DNA of 64,000 bases from an uncultured Lachnospiraceae bacterium (GTDB taxonomy: Bacteria > Bacillota > Clostridia > Christensenellales > UBA1242), in assembly GCA_964383665.1 (NCBI GenBank), contig CAYLHO010000001.1, positions 166,921-230,920 on the forward strand, in the 5' to 3' direction. The position numbers and the translations under genes are program-made. Of this stretch, positions 52,248-62,003 are shown piece by piece; position 1 is the stretch's first letter, and every line of letters starts with the position of its first letter. The notes below the pieces were generated by a model that was given only the letters and a program-made list of their open reading frames with translations, had not been told where the DNA came from and did no database searches.

Positions 52248-52949
52248 ATGATTTTTGAAAACTTTATAACTTTTATTAATAAGATATTGTGTTTTTCATC
52301 TTTTGTTAATAATGCATCTGGTTTCCCAAAGCCACTAACCCCAGAAGAAGAAAGGGAATATTTTAAGAAATTTAAGGAAGGAAGCAAGGAAGCAAAAGAT
52401 GCTTTAATCAACCATAACTTGCGCCTTGTTGCCCATATTGTTAAGAAATATTCGGGAGCGGGCGAAGCCGACGATTTAATAAGTGTTGGAGCAATTGGGC
52501 TTATTAAAGCAATCAACAGCTTTGAATATGACAAGGGAACTCAACTTTCAACTTATGCCGCGCGCTGCATTGAAAATGAAATTCTAATGCTTATTCGTGT
52601 TAACAAAAAACATAAGCAAACTCTTTCGCTTCAAGAAACACTTGGACAGGACAAGGAAGGAAACGACATTGAACTTATGGACGTTATTCCGGGAATTGAT
52701 GACGAGGTTGAAGGAATTGTTGAAAGCAACATTTTAACAGAAAAAATGGGAAAACTTATTGAAAAAAGTCTTCCCAAACGAGAATTTGAAATTATTAAAC
52801 TTCGGTTTGGTCTTATGGGGAACAAGCCATTAACTCAACGTGAAGTTGCAAAAAAACTTGGGATTTCAAGGTCATATATCTCTCGCCTTGAAACAAAAGC
52901 AATGGAAACAATTAAGGAAGAGGTTGAAAAAAGAGGCTTATTTAATTAG
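52248..52949 (+). CDS. sigK: RNA polymerase sporulation sigma factor K (pro-sigma-K), uninterrupted
   Basis: The pro-sequence and junction (SSFVNNASGFPKPLTPEEE), HNLRLVAHIVKKY, ARCIENEILM and LGQDKEGNDIELMDV closely parallel B. subtilis SigK rather than SigE. Confidence 0.82.
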   Translation: MIFENFITFINKILCFSSFVNNASGFPKPLTPEEEREYFKKFKEGSKEAKDALINHNLRLVAHIVKKYSGAGEADDLISVGAIGLIKAINSFEYDKGTQLSTYAARCIENEILMLIRVNKKHKQTLSLQETLGQDKEGNDIELMDVIPGIDDEVEGIVESNILTEKMGKLIEKSLPKREFEIIKLRFGLMGNKPLTQREVAKKLGISRSYISRLETKAMETIKEEVEKRGLFN

Positions 52950-53181
52950 CAATTTGACCAAAGTCCTTAATTCGTGTTGCAACTGCCTTAATTTCAAAAC
53001 AAACTCTTCCGCGAACAGTTGTCATTTTAACATCAATTTCATCGTCAAGCTCGGCATATGAGGAAATTACATTTGTTATTTCACTTTTAAGAATGTTAAT
53101 TATTCTTGCCGGGCTTTGATTTTTGTCCTTAACAAGAACGTTAATAAGCCTGTCGTTTCCAATTTCAGCAATTGTTTTCAT
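52942..53181 (-). CDS. minE: MinE-like cell division topological specificity factor (short N-terminus)
   Basis: 79-aa product overlapping the minD stop. DRLINVLVKDKNQSPARIINILKSEITNVISSYAEL resembles the MinE core ERLxLxLxxDR...Y. Confidence 0.5.
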   Translation of the reverse strand: MKTIAEIGNDRLINVLVKDKNQSPARIINILKSEITNVISSYAELDDEIDVKMTTVRGRVCFEIKAVATRIKDFGQIAN

Positions 53182-53972
53182 TAAATTTTCCTTTTAAGAC
53201 TTCGTTTAAGCGCACCAAAAACTCCTCGATAGCGCATTGTGTAGTCGTAAATTTTTTTTGTTCCTTCATGAAGATTTTCGCAAAGAATTGTGAAAGCACG
53301 CCCTGCTGTGTTTCCGCTTGCAAGCCCTCCAATGCTTGAAAGCGCGCATATGTCGTCATCTTCGGGAATAACGCCCAAAAGCGGAGTTTTAAGTGCACGC
53401 GCAATTTCATCAACGGAAAGCATTTCGCCGCCCATAACTAAATCCCCTCGGATTCGATTAACAACAATTTGCTTATGAATTAAATCATATCCTGAAAGGA
53501 TTGAAAGAACCTTGTCGGCATCGCGAATGCTTGAGATATGCGGAGTTACAACAACAATTGCCTCATTTGCGGCGTAAACTGCCCTGTGGAAGCCGGCTTC
53601 AACTCCCGCCGGACAATCAATCAGAATGTAATCAAAACTTGCGTCAAGCGAAAGAATGACCTCTTTAATTGTTTCGCCTGTTATGTTTGAACTTCCATAA
53701 CTATGTGCGGAAGGCATAACATAAAGCGACGGGATTCGTCGATCTTGAACAAGCGCTTGTTTTGCTCGACAGCGCCCTTCGGCAACGTCAATTATGTCGA
53801 ACATAACGCGTTTTTCAATTCCCATAACAACATCAAGGTTGTTAAGTCCAATGTCAACGTCCATTAAACAAACGCGAAAGCCAAGAGATGCAAGCCTTGC
53901 CCCAAGATTTGCACAAATTGTTGTTTTCCCAACGCCGCCTTTTCCGCTTGTTATAACAATCTTTCTTGCCAT
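53181..53972 (-). CDS. minD: septum site-determining ATPase MinD
   Basis: Deviant Walker A SGKGGVGKTT. The C-terminal amphipathic helix is GVFGALKRSLKRKI. Confidence 0.92.
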   Translation of the reverse strand: MARKIVITSGKGGVGKTTICANLGARLASLGFRVCLMDVDIGLNNLDVVMGIEKRVMFDIIDVAEGRCRAKQALVQDRRIPSLYVMPSAHSYGSSNITGETIKEVILSLDASFDYILIDCPAGVEAGFHRAVYAANEAIVVVTPHISSIRDADKVLSILSGYDLIHKQIVVNRIRGDLVMGGEMLSVDEIARALKTPLLGVIPEDDDICALSSIGGLASGNTAGRAFTILCENLHEGTKKIYDYTMRYRGVFGALKRSLKRKI

Positions 53973-54070
53973 AACCCAATTTTAAAAGCGCTTAATTAAA
54001 AAACAAAAGCCTTTTCTGGCGAAAAAAGGCTTATTTTTGATATTTTTATTAAATTGAAAAATTTGTTGTT

Positions 54071-57000
54071 CTATTCCTCTGTTTTTGCAAAAGATTTAAG
54101 GAAATTTCGGCGAGATTTTGCATTTTCTTTTGCTTTTTCAAAAAGTTCTTTTGAAAGGTCTGGATTTGCTTTCAAAAGCGAAGTGTAACGCGTTTCGCCC
54201 GAAACAAATTCCTCATAGTCCATTGTTGGCTCGGCACTGTCGAAAGAAAGAGAGTTTGTTCTTGGGTTATATCGGAAAAGTTCCCAATAACCGCTTTCAA
54301 CCGCTCTTCTCATTTCGTCTTGTGATTTCGACATGTCAATTCCGTGGTTGACGCATGGCGCATAAGCAATTACGATGCTTGGCCCGTCAAATTCTTCTGC
54401 TTCTTTGAAAGCTTTGATTGTTTGCTCATAGTTTGCTCCAAGTGCAACTTTTGCAACATATGCATTTTTGCTCATGATTGCAAGGGTTGCAAGGTCTTTT
54501 TTGTTCCCAGTTTTTCCGCTTGAAGCAAATTTTGCAACCGCTCCGCTTGGGGTTGATTTCGAAGCTTGCCCGCCTGTGTTTGAATAAACTTCTGTGTCGA
54601 GAACAAGAATGTTAACATTTTTGTTTGAATAGAGAACATGATCAAGCCCGCCATAGCCAATGTCGTATGCCCAACCGTCACCGCCAACAATCCAAACACT
54701 TTCGTCTTTGTTGTTTGCTTCGCGACCAAGTTTAATTCCAAATCCAAATTCGGCGTTATCCTCGAACAAACTGTTTGCCCAAGCCGGCCCGTTTCCGTTT
54801 TCATCTTTTGCATATGGACATGAAGGATATGAACCGCCATAAATGCTTGAGCAGCCTGTTGCATTCGCAATTATCATATTTTTTCCAAAAAGTTGGGTTA
54901 AAAGACGAATGTATGGAGTTTCGCCGCAGCCCGCACATGCCCCATTAAATTCAAAATATGGCTTTAAGAATTGCGCGCCTTTTGTTGAAAATTTGTTAAA
55001 AGGCGAAGGGAATTTCTCAAGAGTTTTGCTGTAATTATAATTTTTAACTTCTGATTCAATGTCCTTTGCTTCTTCCATAACAAGAGCCTTGTTTTTTGCT
55101 GGACAAGCGTTTGCGCAAACTCCGCAGCCTGTGCAATCGAGCGGACTAACTTGAATTCGATATTGCGCGCCCTTAACACCAAACGCAGCAACAGTTATGA
55201 AACCGTCTGGCTTATCTTCCAAGTTGTTTTCGTCAACAAGAACCGCTCTTATTGCCGCATGAGGACAAGACATTATGCAGCGTCCGCATTGAATGCAATT
55301 TTCGCTAAGCCAATTTGGGCAGCGAAGCGCAATTCCGCGCTTTTCAAATTGCGCCGTGTTCGTTGGAACAACGCCGTCCGCTGTGAAAGCCGAAACAGGA
55401 AGATCGTTGCCTTTGCGTCTTGAAATTTTATTCATAATTTCGTTTGCAAATTTGCATTCAGTTTCGAATTTTACGCAAGACGAGCAAACGCCGTTGCAAC
55501 CATCGGCTTCAATGTTTTGAACATATGCTTTTTCATCAAAAATTGAAAGGTTAACTTGTTTAATTTCATCTGCCGAAAGAACAGCTTTTTCGTTTGCTAA
55601 AACAACTTTTTCGCCCTTTCTTCCATAGGTTTTTCGAACTGCATCAATCATTTTTTCTTTTGCAACTTCAAAGTTAATAACCCCTGAAGTTTTGAAGAAA
55701 CACGATTGCATGATTATGTTAATCTTGTTTCCAAGCCCAAGTTCGGTTGCAATTTTTTGAGCATCAATAATATATAATTTTGCTTGCTTTTTAATTAAAT
55801 CTTGCTTAAAGAAAATTGGAAGTTTTTCGTTAAGTTCACTTTCAGAAAGAACCGTGTTTAAAAGAACAGTTCCGCCTTGTTTTAAATGCCCTAAAATGTC
55901 GAATTTATTAATGAAACTGTAATTATGAATTGCAATAAAATTTGCCTTTCGAATTTCATATGGCATCAAGATTTCTCGATTTGAAATTCTTAAGTGCGAA
56001 ACAGTTAAACTGCCCGATTTTTTTGAGTCATATTCAAAATAACCTTGAACGAATTTTTCTGTAGAATTGCCAATAATTTTTATGCTGTTTTTGTTTGCAC
56101 TAACTGTTCCGTCCGATCCCAGCCCAAAGAACATGAGTTCAAGCAAGTTTTCATCTTCAAGTTTTGAGAACTTTGAAATGATTTCTGAACTTGAAGGCAA
56201 CGAAAGATTTGTTACATCGTCGTAAATTCCAACAGTGAACGGATTTTTCATTTCGTTTGATAAATTTTCGAAAACCGAAACCGCATCTTCGCAGGTAAAT
56301 TCCTTGCTTCCAAGCCCATATCTTCCGCCAATAATATTGATGTTTTTCCCATATAAGCTTGCTTTAACTTCGGTTAAAAGTGGCTCGCCAAGTGCTCCGC
56401 TTTCCTTTGTTCTGTCTAAAACGGCAATGTTCTTAACCGATTTTGGAAGAGAAGTAATAAGCGCCTCTTTGTTCCATGGACGGAAAAGGCGAACATTTAA
56501 AACACCAATTTCGCCAAGTTCTGGGAAACTCTTGCTTTCGTTAATGATTCTAACAACATCTTTAAAAGTTTGATTTGCGCTTCCCATAACAATAACAACA
56601 TTTTCGGCATTTTCGCTTCCAAAATATTCAAATGGACGATAAGCTCTTCCAACAACTTTTTCAAAGTCCTCCATCGTTTTTTCAATGGTTCCATATGCGC
56701 GATTATAAACTTCGTTTGAAGCCTCGCGATTTTGGAAGAAAACATCTGGGTTTTGCGCAGTTCCACCTTGCGTTGGATTTTCAGAGGAAAGCGCTCGTTC
56801 TTTGAATTCTTTAATGTCCTCGCTTGGAAGAAGTTTAAGAATTTGCTCATCGGAAATTTCATCAATTTTTTGAATTTCATGCGAAGTTCTGAATCCGTCG
56901 AAGAAATGTATGAAAGGAAGGCTTGTTCGAAGAGATGCAATATGGGAAATTAATGCGCAATCTTGTGCTTCTTGAACAGAAGAAGATGCCATCATCAAAA

Positions 57001-57406
57001 ATCCAGTTGAACGCGCTGCCATAACGTCGGAATGATCGCCAAAAATTGAAAGCGCATGGGTTGCAACCGCTCTTGCTGAAACATGAAAAACAGTTGGCAA
57101 AAGTTCGCCAGCAATTTTAAACATGTTTGGAATCATAAGCAAAAGCCCTTGGCTGCACGTGAAAGTTGTTGTTAACGCTCCCGCCTTAAGGCTTCCATGA
57201 ACTGCGCCTGCAACGCCAGCTTCCGATTGCATTTCAACAAGTTTAAGTTTTTTTCCAAAGATATTTTTAACTCCTGCCGTTGCCATTTCGTCGCATGCTT
57301 CTGCCATTGGGCTTGAAGGCGTTATTGGATAGATTGCGCTAACCTCGCTAAGTTTATATGCCATTTTGGCGCAAGCCATATTTCCATCAACTGTAATTTT
57401 GCTCAT
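54071..57406 (-). CDS. nifJ: pyruvate:ferredoxin (flavodoxin) oxidoreductase
   Basis: 1111-aa single-chain PFOR. It has two 4Fe-4S motifs (CIQCGRCIMSCPHAAI, CTGCGVCANACP) and a ThDP domain (GGDGWAYDIGYGGLDH). Confidence 0.94.
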   Translation of the reverse strand: MSKITVDGNMACAKMAYKLSEVSAIYPITPSSPMAEACDEMATAGVKNIFGKKLKLVEMQSEAGVAGAVHGSLKAGALTTTFTCSQGLLLMIPNMFKIAGELLPTVFHVSARAVATHALSIFGDHSDVMAARSTGFLMMASSSVQEAQDCALISHIASLRTSLPFIHFFDGFRTSHEIQKIDEISDEQILKLLPSEDIKEFKERALSSENPTQGGTAQNPDVFFQNREASNEVYNRAYGTIEKTMEDFEKVVGRAYRPFEYFGSENAENVVIVMGSANQTFKDVVRIINESKSFPELGEIGVLNVRLFRPWNKEALITSLPKSVKNIAVLDRTKESGALGEPLLTEVKASLYGKNINIIGGRYGLGSKEFTCEDAVSVFENLSNEMKNPFTVGIYDDVTNLSLPSSSEIISKFSKLEDENLLELMFFGLGSDGTVSANKNSIKIIGNSTEKFVQGYFEYDSKKSGSLTVSHLRISNREILMPYEIRKANFIAIHNYSFINKFDILGHLKQGGTVLLNTVLSESELNEKLPIFFKQDLIKKQAKLYIIDAQKIATELGLGNKINIIMQSCFFKTSGVINFEVAKEKMIDAVRKTYGRKGEKVVLANEKAVLSADEIKQVNLSIFDEKAYVQNIEADGCNGVCSSCVKFETECKFANEIMNKISRRKGNDLPVSAFTADGVVPTNTAQFEKRGIALRCPNWLSENCIQCGRCIMSCPHAAIRAVLVDENNLEDKPDGFITVAAFGVKGAQYRIQVSPLDCTGCGVCANACPAKNKALVMEEAKDIESEVKNYNYSKTLEKFPSPFNKFSTKGAQFLKPYFEFNGACAGCGETPYIRLLTQLFGKNMIIANATGCSSIYGGSYPSCPYAKDENGNGPAWANSLFEDNAEFGFGIKLGREANNKDESVWIVGGDGWAYDIGYGGLDHVLYSNKNVNILVLDTEVYSNTGGQASKSTPSGAVAKFASSGKTGNKKDLATLAIMSKNAYVAKVALGANYEQTIKAFKEAEEFDGPSIVIAYAPCVNHGIDMSKSQDEMRRAVESGYWELFRYNPRTNSLSFDSAEPTMDYEEFVSGETRYTSLLKANPDLSKELFEKAKENAKSRRNFLKSFAKTEE

Positions 57407-57507
57407 ATTTTCTCCATTAATCTAAAACAATTATAGACATTTTTATGTTTTGTTCCAACAAAATTTTATAAAATTATAAAAATATATATAAAAAAATAAA
57501 ATAACGC

Positions 57508-57536
57508 TTGCAACATAAAAACAAATCTGCTAAAAT
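57508..57536 (+). promoter_or_regulatory. sigma-A promoter ending 8 nt before the exporter ATG (possible leaderless mRNA)
   Basis: TTGCAA (57508-57513), 17 nt, TAAAAT (57531-57536). The ATG is at 57545 and has no SD. Confidence 0.5.
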
Positions 57537-57544
57537 GCTTGGCG

Positions 57545-58513
57545 ATGTGGGAAACAGTTTTAGATGCAATTTTAGACACTCTTAAGATAGTTCCAGCGCT
57601 TATGCTGTTCTATCTTTTAATTTCATATGTAACCCACCACAAAGAAGAACCATACAAATTTTTAACAAAAAAAAGCAAGTGGTTTGGTCCGCTTTTTGGT
57701 TCACTTCTTGGAATTGTTCCGCAATGCGGGTTTTCAACAGTTATGGCAGATTTGTTTTCGAAGCGCGCAATAACTCTTGGAACGCTTTTTGCAGTTTTCC
57801 TTGCAACAAGCGACGAGGCAATTCCAATTTTGCTTTCGAATCCTGGGTGGATTAAGGAACTTGGGATAATTCTTGCAACAAAGTTTTTGGTTGGAATTTT
57901 GTTTGGCTATGCAATCGACTTTGTCCTTTCTCTAATTGAAAAGTCTAAAAGTAAGAAGGCATTTGCAAAATCTCTTAAAAACGAAGCAATGGAAGTTCAC
58001 GGGAATTTGCATGAAGTTCAACTTGAACATTCCCACGAGCATGAATGCGGCTGCGACCATGATCATAACCATGAACATGAACACGAACACAATCACACTG
58101 GGCATAATTGTTCTTGCTGCGCCGACAACATTTTTCTTGATGCATTAATCCACACGGCGAAAATTTCGGCATTTATTTTGATTATAAATCTTGTTTTAGG
58201 AATTGTTATTTACTATGTTGGAATGGAAAACTTTATTGGCTTTGTTTCAATCAACAAGTTCCTTCAACCTCTTGTAACGTCGCTTATTGGCTTAATTCCA
58301 AACTGCGCCGCCTCTGTTTTCCTTGTTGAACTTTTTATGGAAGGTGGAATAACTCTTGCATCAACAATTGCAGGGCTTTGCGTTGGAAGCGGAGTTGGAC
58401 TTATTGTTCTTTTCAAAAATAACAAAAACATAAAACAAAACATTTTAATAACAATTTCACTTTATGTTATTTCGGTTGTTGTTGGACTTGCGTTAACTCC
58501 CCTTTTGGGATAA
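57545..58513 (+). CDS. putative 10-TM heavy-metal exporter (ArsP_2/DUF2899-like) with His/Cys-rich loop
   Basis: The N-terminus MWETVLDAILDTLKIV and GIVPQCGFS, ATSDEAIPIL, LIPNCAAS repeat halves match this family as I recall it. The central loop is HSHEHECGCDHDHNHEHEHEHNHTGHNCSCC. Confidence 0.6.
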   Translation: MWETVLDAILDTLKIVPALMLFYLLISYVTHHKEEPYKFLTKKSKWFGPLFGSLLGIVPQCGFSTVMADLFSKRAITLGTLFAVFLATSDEAIPILLSNPGWIKELGIILATKFLVGILFGYAIDFVLSLIEKSKSKKAFAKSLKNEAMEVHGNLHEVQLEHSHEHECGCDHDHNHEHEHEHNHTGHNCSCCADNIFLDALIHTAKISAFILIINLVLGIVIYYVGMENFIGFVSINKFLQPLVTSLIGLIPNCAASVFLVELFMEGGITLASTIAGLCVGSGVGLIVLFKNNKNIKQNILITISLYVISVVVGLALTPLLG

Positions 58514-58514
58514 A

Positions 58515-58542
58515 AGAAAAAACCGCGTTTGCGGTTTTTTTT
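58515..58542. terminator. bidirectional terminator between the exporter gene and galU
   Basis: A-run, AACCGC/GCGGTT hairpin, then T8. Confidence 0.75.
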
Positions 58543-59398
58543 AAATTCTTTCTTTAATATATTCCTTAAGTTTTTCGCCATATTCAGGGTTTTTAAGAGC
58601 GAAATCGAAAATTGCTGTTAAATAGCCAAATTTGTTTCCAATGTCATATCTCGTTCCCTCAAATTCATAGGCAATAAGACCTTCGTTTTTTGCAATCATA
58701 TCGTATGTGTCGGTTATGCAAAGTTCGTTGCATGCTTTGTTGATTTCAAGGTTTCTGCAGTAGTTATAAATTGAAGGAAGAAAAACATAGCGCCCAAGAG
58801 TTGAAAGAGTTGATTTAATATCCTCAAATTTTGGTTTTTCAACAACCCTTGTTACAACATGGCTTCTTCCGTTTTTGCTTGAATATTCAACGGAAGAACA
58901 ACGAACAACTTGTTCTTTTGGAATGCTTTGACAACCCAAAACAGCCTTCCCTGTTCGTTTGTATTCGTCGATAAGTTGTTTTGAAACTGGAACATCGCTT
59001 TGCATAAGGTCATCGGCAAAGCACATTAAAAATGGCTCGTCGCCCGTAAATTCTTCCGCCAAAAGAAGTGCGCCCCCTGTTCCGTTGATAACTTTTTGCT
59101 CAACAAACGTAACTTTTGCCTTAAGTTGCTTTGTTACCGCATCAAGGTATTCCGGCTTATCCTTAAATTTGTTTTCCAAAAGTTCGTTATGGGAAAAATG
59201 GGAAATAACGTTCTCCTTGTTAAAGCCAACAATCATCAAAATTTCTTCAATTCCGCTTTCAACAAGTTCGTTTACAATAAGTTCAATTGTTGGAGTGTCG
59301 ATTATTGGAAGCATTCCCTTATAAACAGACTTTGAGAATGGCAAAAATCTTGTTCCAAAACCTGCAGCCAAAATAACTGCCTTTTTAATTTCTTTCAT
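58541..59398 (-). CDS. galU: UTP--glucose-1-phosphate uridylyltransferase
   Basis: KAVILAAGFGTRFLPFSK, VEKP. Confidence 0.88.
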   Translation of the reverse strand: MKEIKKAVILAAGFGTRFLPFSKSVYKGMLPIIDTPTIELIVNELVESGIEEILMIVGFNKENVISHFSHNELLENKFKDKPEYLDAVTKQLKAKVTFVEQKVINGTGGALLLAEEFTGDEPFLMCFADDLMQSDVPVSKQLIDEYKRTGKAVLGCQSIPKEQVVRCSSVEYSSKNGRSHVVTRVVEKPKFEDIKSTLSTLGRYVFLPSIYNYCRNLEINKACNELCITDTYDMIAKNEGLIAYEFEGTRYDIGNKFGYLTAIFDFALKNPEYGEKLKEYIKERI

Positions 59399-59507
59399 GA
59401 TTCCTCTCTTTAATTCATGATTATCTTATCACATAAATTCTGTTTTGCAAAGCAAAAATTTTTTCAATAGAATATGCAACAAAAAAAGAGGAAATTCCTC
59501 TTTTCTT

Positions 59508-60299
59508 TTATATATTTCCGCCATAAAAATCAAACGACTTCATAATTTCTTCCAAATCCTCTTTTGGATTGATTGCTTCGTTAAGGTCGAAAGCGCCTTG
59601 CGTTTTCGAGTAGTCTGGAACGCTTAAAATTTTTGCAAAAGTGTCTGGAACTTTTTCGTCACTGTCTAAAAATTTATCAACAAGATTTTCATAACTGTCG
59701 CCTTGTTCAAGGGTTAAATTTGAAATTGGTTTAATTTTTGTTTTCTCTTCAAGTTTCTCAAGGTCGGTTTTTTGAGAACATGTTGGCGCTTTTCTTTGTA
59801 TTGTTTTAACTGCTGGTTTTTTTGTTGAAACTTCAACTTTTGTTCCCATAAGTTTGTTAAGAAGATGCCTAATTGGGTCGGTTGTTGGAGTTTTAGTTAT
59901 AAGTTCAATGTTAAAATCGTCCTTAAGAGCACTTTTAATTGATGTTTTTAAATTTTCCATATCTTCTTTTACGTTTGAAACTTCAACAACATCTGGGGTT
60001 TTCTTAAGCATTTCATTAAGCATAATTTCCCATTTTGCATATAACATGCTAAGTTGTTCAAGTTTAAGCTTATAGATTTCTTGAGAACTTTCTTCAATTT
60101 CTTTTGCTTTGTCGATTGCAGCAGTTAACGCAAGAGCAACCGAACTTTCTTTTGCACGAGCGTCCTCAACCTCTTTTTTAAGCAAAGAAATTTCCGTGTT
60201 TTTTGCGTCAATTTCCTTCTCAAATTTCAAAGTTGTTGCCGAAATATATTCGTCAACCTCACTTTCACAATAGCCGTTTTTTTGTTTGCTAAAATTCAT
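59508..60299 (-). CDS. DivIVA-domain coiled-coil protein
   Basis: The N-terminal FSKQKNGYCESEVDEYI matches the DivIVA F-x(3-5)-GY-x(2)-EVD motif. A coiled coil follows. It has a 4-nt overlap with the upstream gene. Confidence 0.65.
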   Translation of the reverse strand: MNFSKQKNGYCESEVDEYISATTLKFEKEIDAKNTEISLLKKEVEDARAKESSVALALTAAIDKAKEIEESSQEIYKLKLEQLSMLYAKWEIMLNEMLKKTPDVVEVSNVKEDMENLKTSIKSALKDDFNIELITKTPTTDPIRHLLNKLMGTKVEVSTKKPAVKTIQRKAPTCSQKTDLEKLEEKTKIKPISNLTLEQGDSYENLVDKFLDSDEKVPDTFAKILSVPDYSKTQGAFDLNEAINPKEDLEEIMKSFDFYGGNI

Positions 60300-60835
60300 A
60301 CTTTCCTCGTGTTCGCTTTAATTGATAATATAACAAAAATCAAGATTACAGTTCCGGTTATTGAAAGAAGAACAATAAAAGGAACAAGCGGGAGAAAGTT
60401 TTCTCCAAACGCTATAAGTAATATAACACATAAAAACGCAAAAACAAAAACTTTAAAGTGAAAAATTTGACGAAATTTGATGAAAATTGAAAGAGATGAA
60501 AAGGCAAAAGAAGCAACATAAAGCCCGATAACAACAAAAAGATTGAAGACAAAAAAGTTGTTTAAAATTCCAACTGCTCCCGATGTTGAAAGCCAAATTC
60601 CAAGGAACATGCTTGAATCGATGTTATAGCAAAGAAAGCGAACAAAAAAGATTGTTCCAATTAAAACAAGGAAGCCGGAAAACCAAAATTGATTGAATTT
60701 TATAACATTGAAACTGCTTAAAGCAATAAGAACAAAGTATGCTAAAAAAGCAATTGAGGAATAAACTCTAAAAAAAATAGTTCTTTTCACAAGAACTATT
60801 ATTTCCTTATTTATTTGGTTCAATAACTTTTGCAA
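60296..60835 (-). CDS. polytopic membrane protein, unknown function
   Basis: About 5 TM helices. The track start (TTG 60835) overlaps the upstream gene by 29 nt. GTG 60790 is an alternative start. Confidence 0.5.
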   Translation of the reverse strand: MQKLLNQINKEIIVLVKRTIFFRVYSSIAFLAYFVLIALSSFNVIKFNQFWFSGFLVLIGTIFFVRFLCYNIDSSMFLGIWLSTSGAVGILNNFFVFNLFVVIGLYVASFAFSSLSIFIKFRQIFHFKVFVFAFLCVILLIAFGENFLPLVPFIVLLSITGTVILIFVILSIKANTRKV

Positions 60836-61994
60836 TTTTCATAAGTTCGTTTTGAACAAATTCATTTTCCTTTTGGCTTGTTAAAGCAATTGAATGGGAA
60901 GTTATTGTGATTTCATTTGAAATTGCTTTTCCAATTCCAACAAGTCGTTTAACAAGTTGAACACTTGAAATTTTGTGCCCCATATACTCCCCTTCTTCGC
61001 TTGCAAAGAATTGATCTAATCGAGTTAAAATTCCAATAACGTCGAAAATGAAAAGTCTAACGCTTTTGCCGTCTTTCAAAAGGGTTGTGCAATGATTAAT
61101 TGCGTTAACAACTGCGTAGTAACTTTCATCAAGAGAATTGTAATAGGTTGTTGCAAACATTTCAAGGTTGTCGTTTTGTTTTCCATAATAAATTACTTCT
61201 GGGGAAAGTTCAAGCCCAAGGAAAATAAGTTTTTCGTTTGAAGAAGGGTTTTGATTAATATCCTCAATTTCCTTAACAATTTCCAAAATTGCTGTTTCTT
61301 CATCGTTAAAGAAGGAAATTGTTCGCTCCCCTCTTTTAATTATTCGCCCGAAAATGTCGGTTAATTTGCTTGGGATTTCAAAATTTGAAATGTCAATGTT
61401 GTTCCTTGTTCCAAAATAGAAAGAAGCCTCTTTTCCGTTGATTTCAACAATGTCGTTCAAAATTCCGCAATAATAGGCGTCGGCAAGTTTTCCTGTTCCA
61501 AGAAGTTTGTCGCCTTCGCGAAGATTGAATTTTTCAATTGTTTCCTTTGGAACATAGAAAAGCATGTTCTTGAAGTTGCCTTGAGTGTTAAGATTGTTGA
61601 GATAGAAATTTCCATTAACAGAATTAAGGAAACCAAAAACCTTTGAAGCATCATCTCCTGAAATTTGGTTGAAAAGTGTTGTGTTTTGAGCAAGACGTAA
61701 TATGTTTGAATAGTTTTCTTGTTCAATTGGTTTTCGAAGCGCTAAAACATCTTGAGGGATTGATTCTTTAACAATGTTTGAAATTTTGGTTATTGTTTTA
61801 GGAGGACGCCCTTTGTTTGTTTGTCGAGCCTCAACTTTACGTTTCCCAGAAGAGATTTCCAAAATTTCGTTGCAAAGTTGAGCGCGTTTTTTTGTTGTTG
61901 GCGAAATAACGCCAAGAGTTCTTGCAAGTTCTCTAAGCTCATAAACACCCAGTTCATTAAGCATTTCTTTTGAAATTGTTTTTTTGTTTTCCAT
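60807..61994 (-). CDS. Rho-like protein: Rho_N and Rho RNA-binding (CSD-like) domains plus a degenerate, C-terminally shortened ATPase-like domain
   Basis: LNELGVYELRELARTLGV (Rho_N-like). FGFLNS, LFYVPKETIEKFNLREGDKLLG compares with Rho GFGFLR, IYVSPSQIRRFNLRTGD. The Walker A position reads IIKRGERTISFFNDEETA, so there is no GKT. The Walker B position reads LIFLGLELSPEV. Confidence 0.62.
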   Translation of the reverse strand: MENKKTISKEMLNELGVYELRELARTLGVISPTTKKRAQLCNEILEISSGKRKVEARQTNKGRPPKTITKISNIVKESIPQDVLALRKPIEQENYSNILRLAQNTTLFNQISGDDASKVFGFLNSVNGNFYLNNLNTQGNFKNMLFYVPKETIEKFNLREGDKLLGTGKLADAYYCGILNDIVEINGKEASFYFGTRNNIDISNFEIPSKLTDIFGRIIKRGERTISFFNDEETAILEIVKEIEDINQNPSSNEKLIFLGLELSPEVIYYGKQNDNLEMFATTYYNSLDESYYAVVNAINHCTTLLKDGKSVRLFIFDVIGILTRLDQFFASEEGEYMGHKISSVQLVKRLVGIGKAISNEITITSHSIALTSQKENEFVQNELMKIAKVIEPNK

Positions 61995-62003
61995 AATGCT
62001 TTT

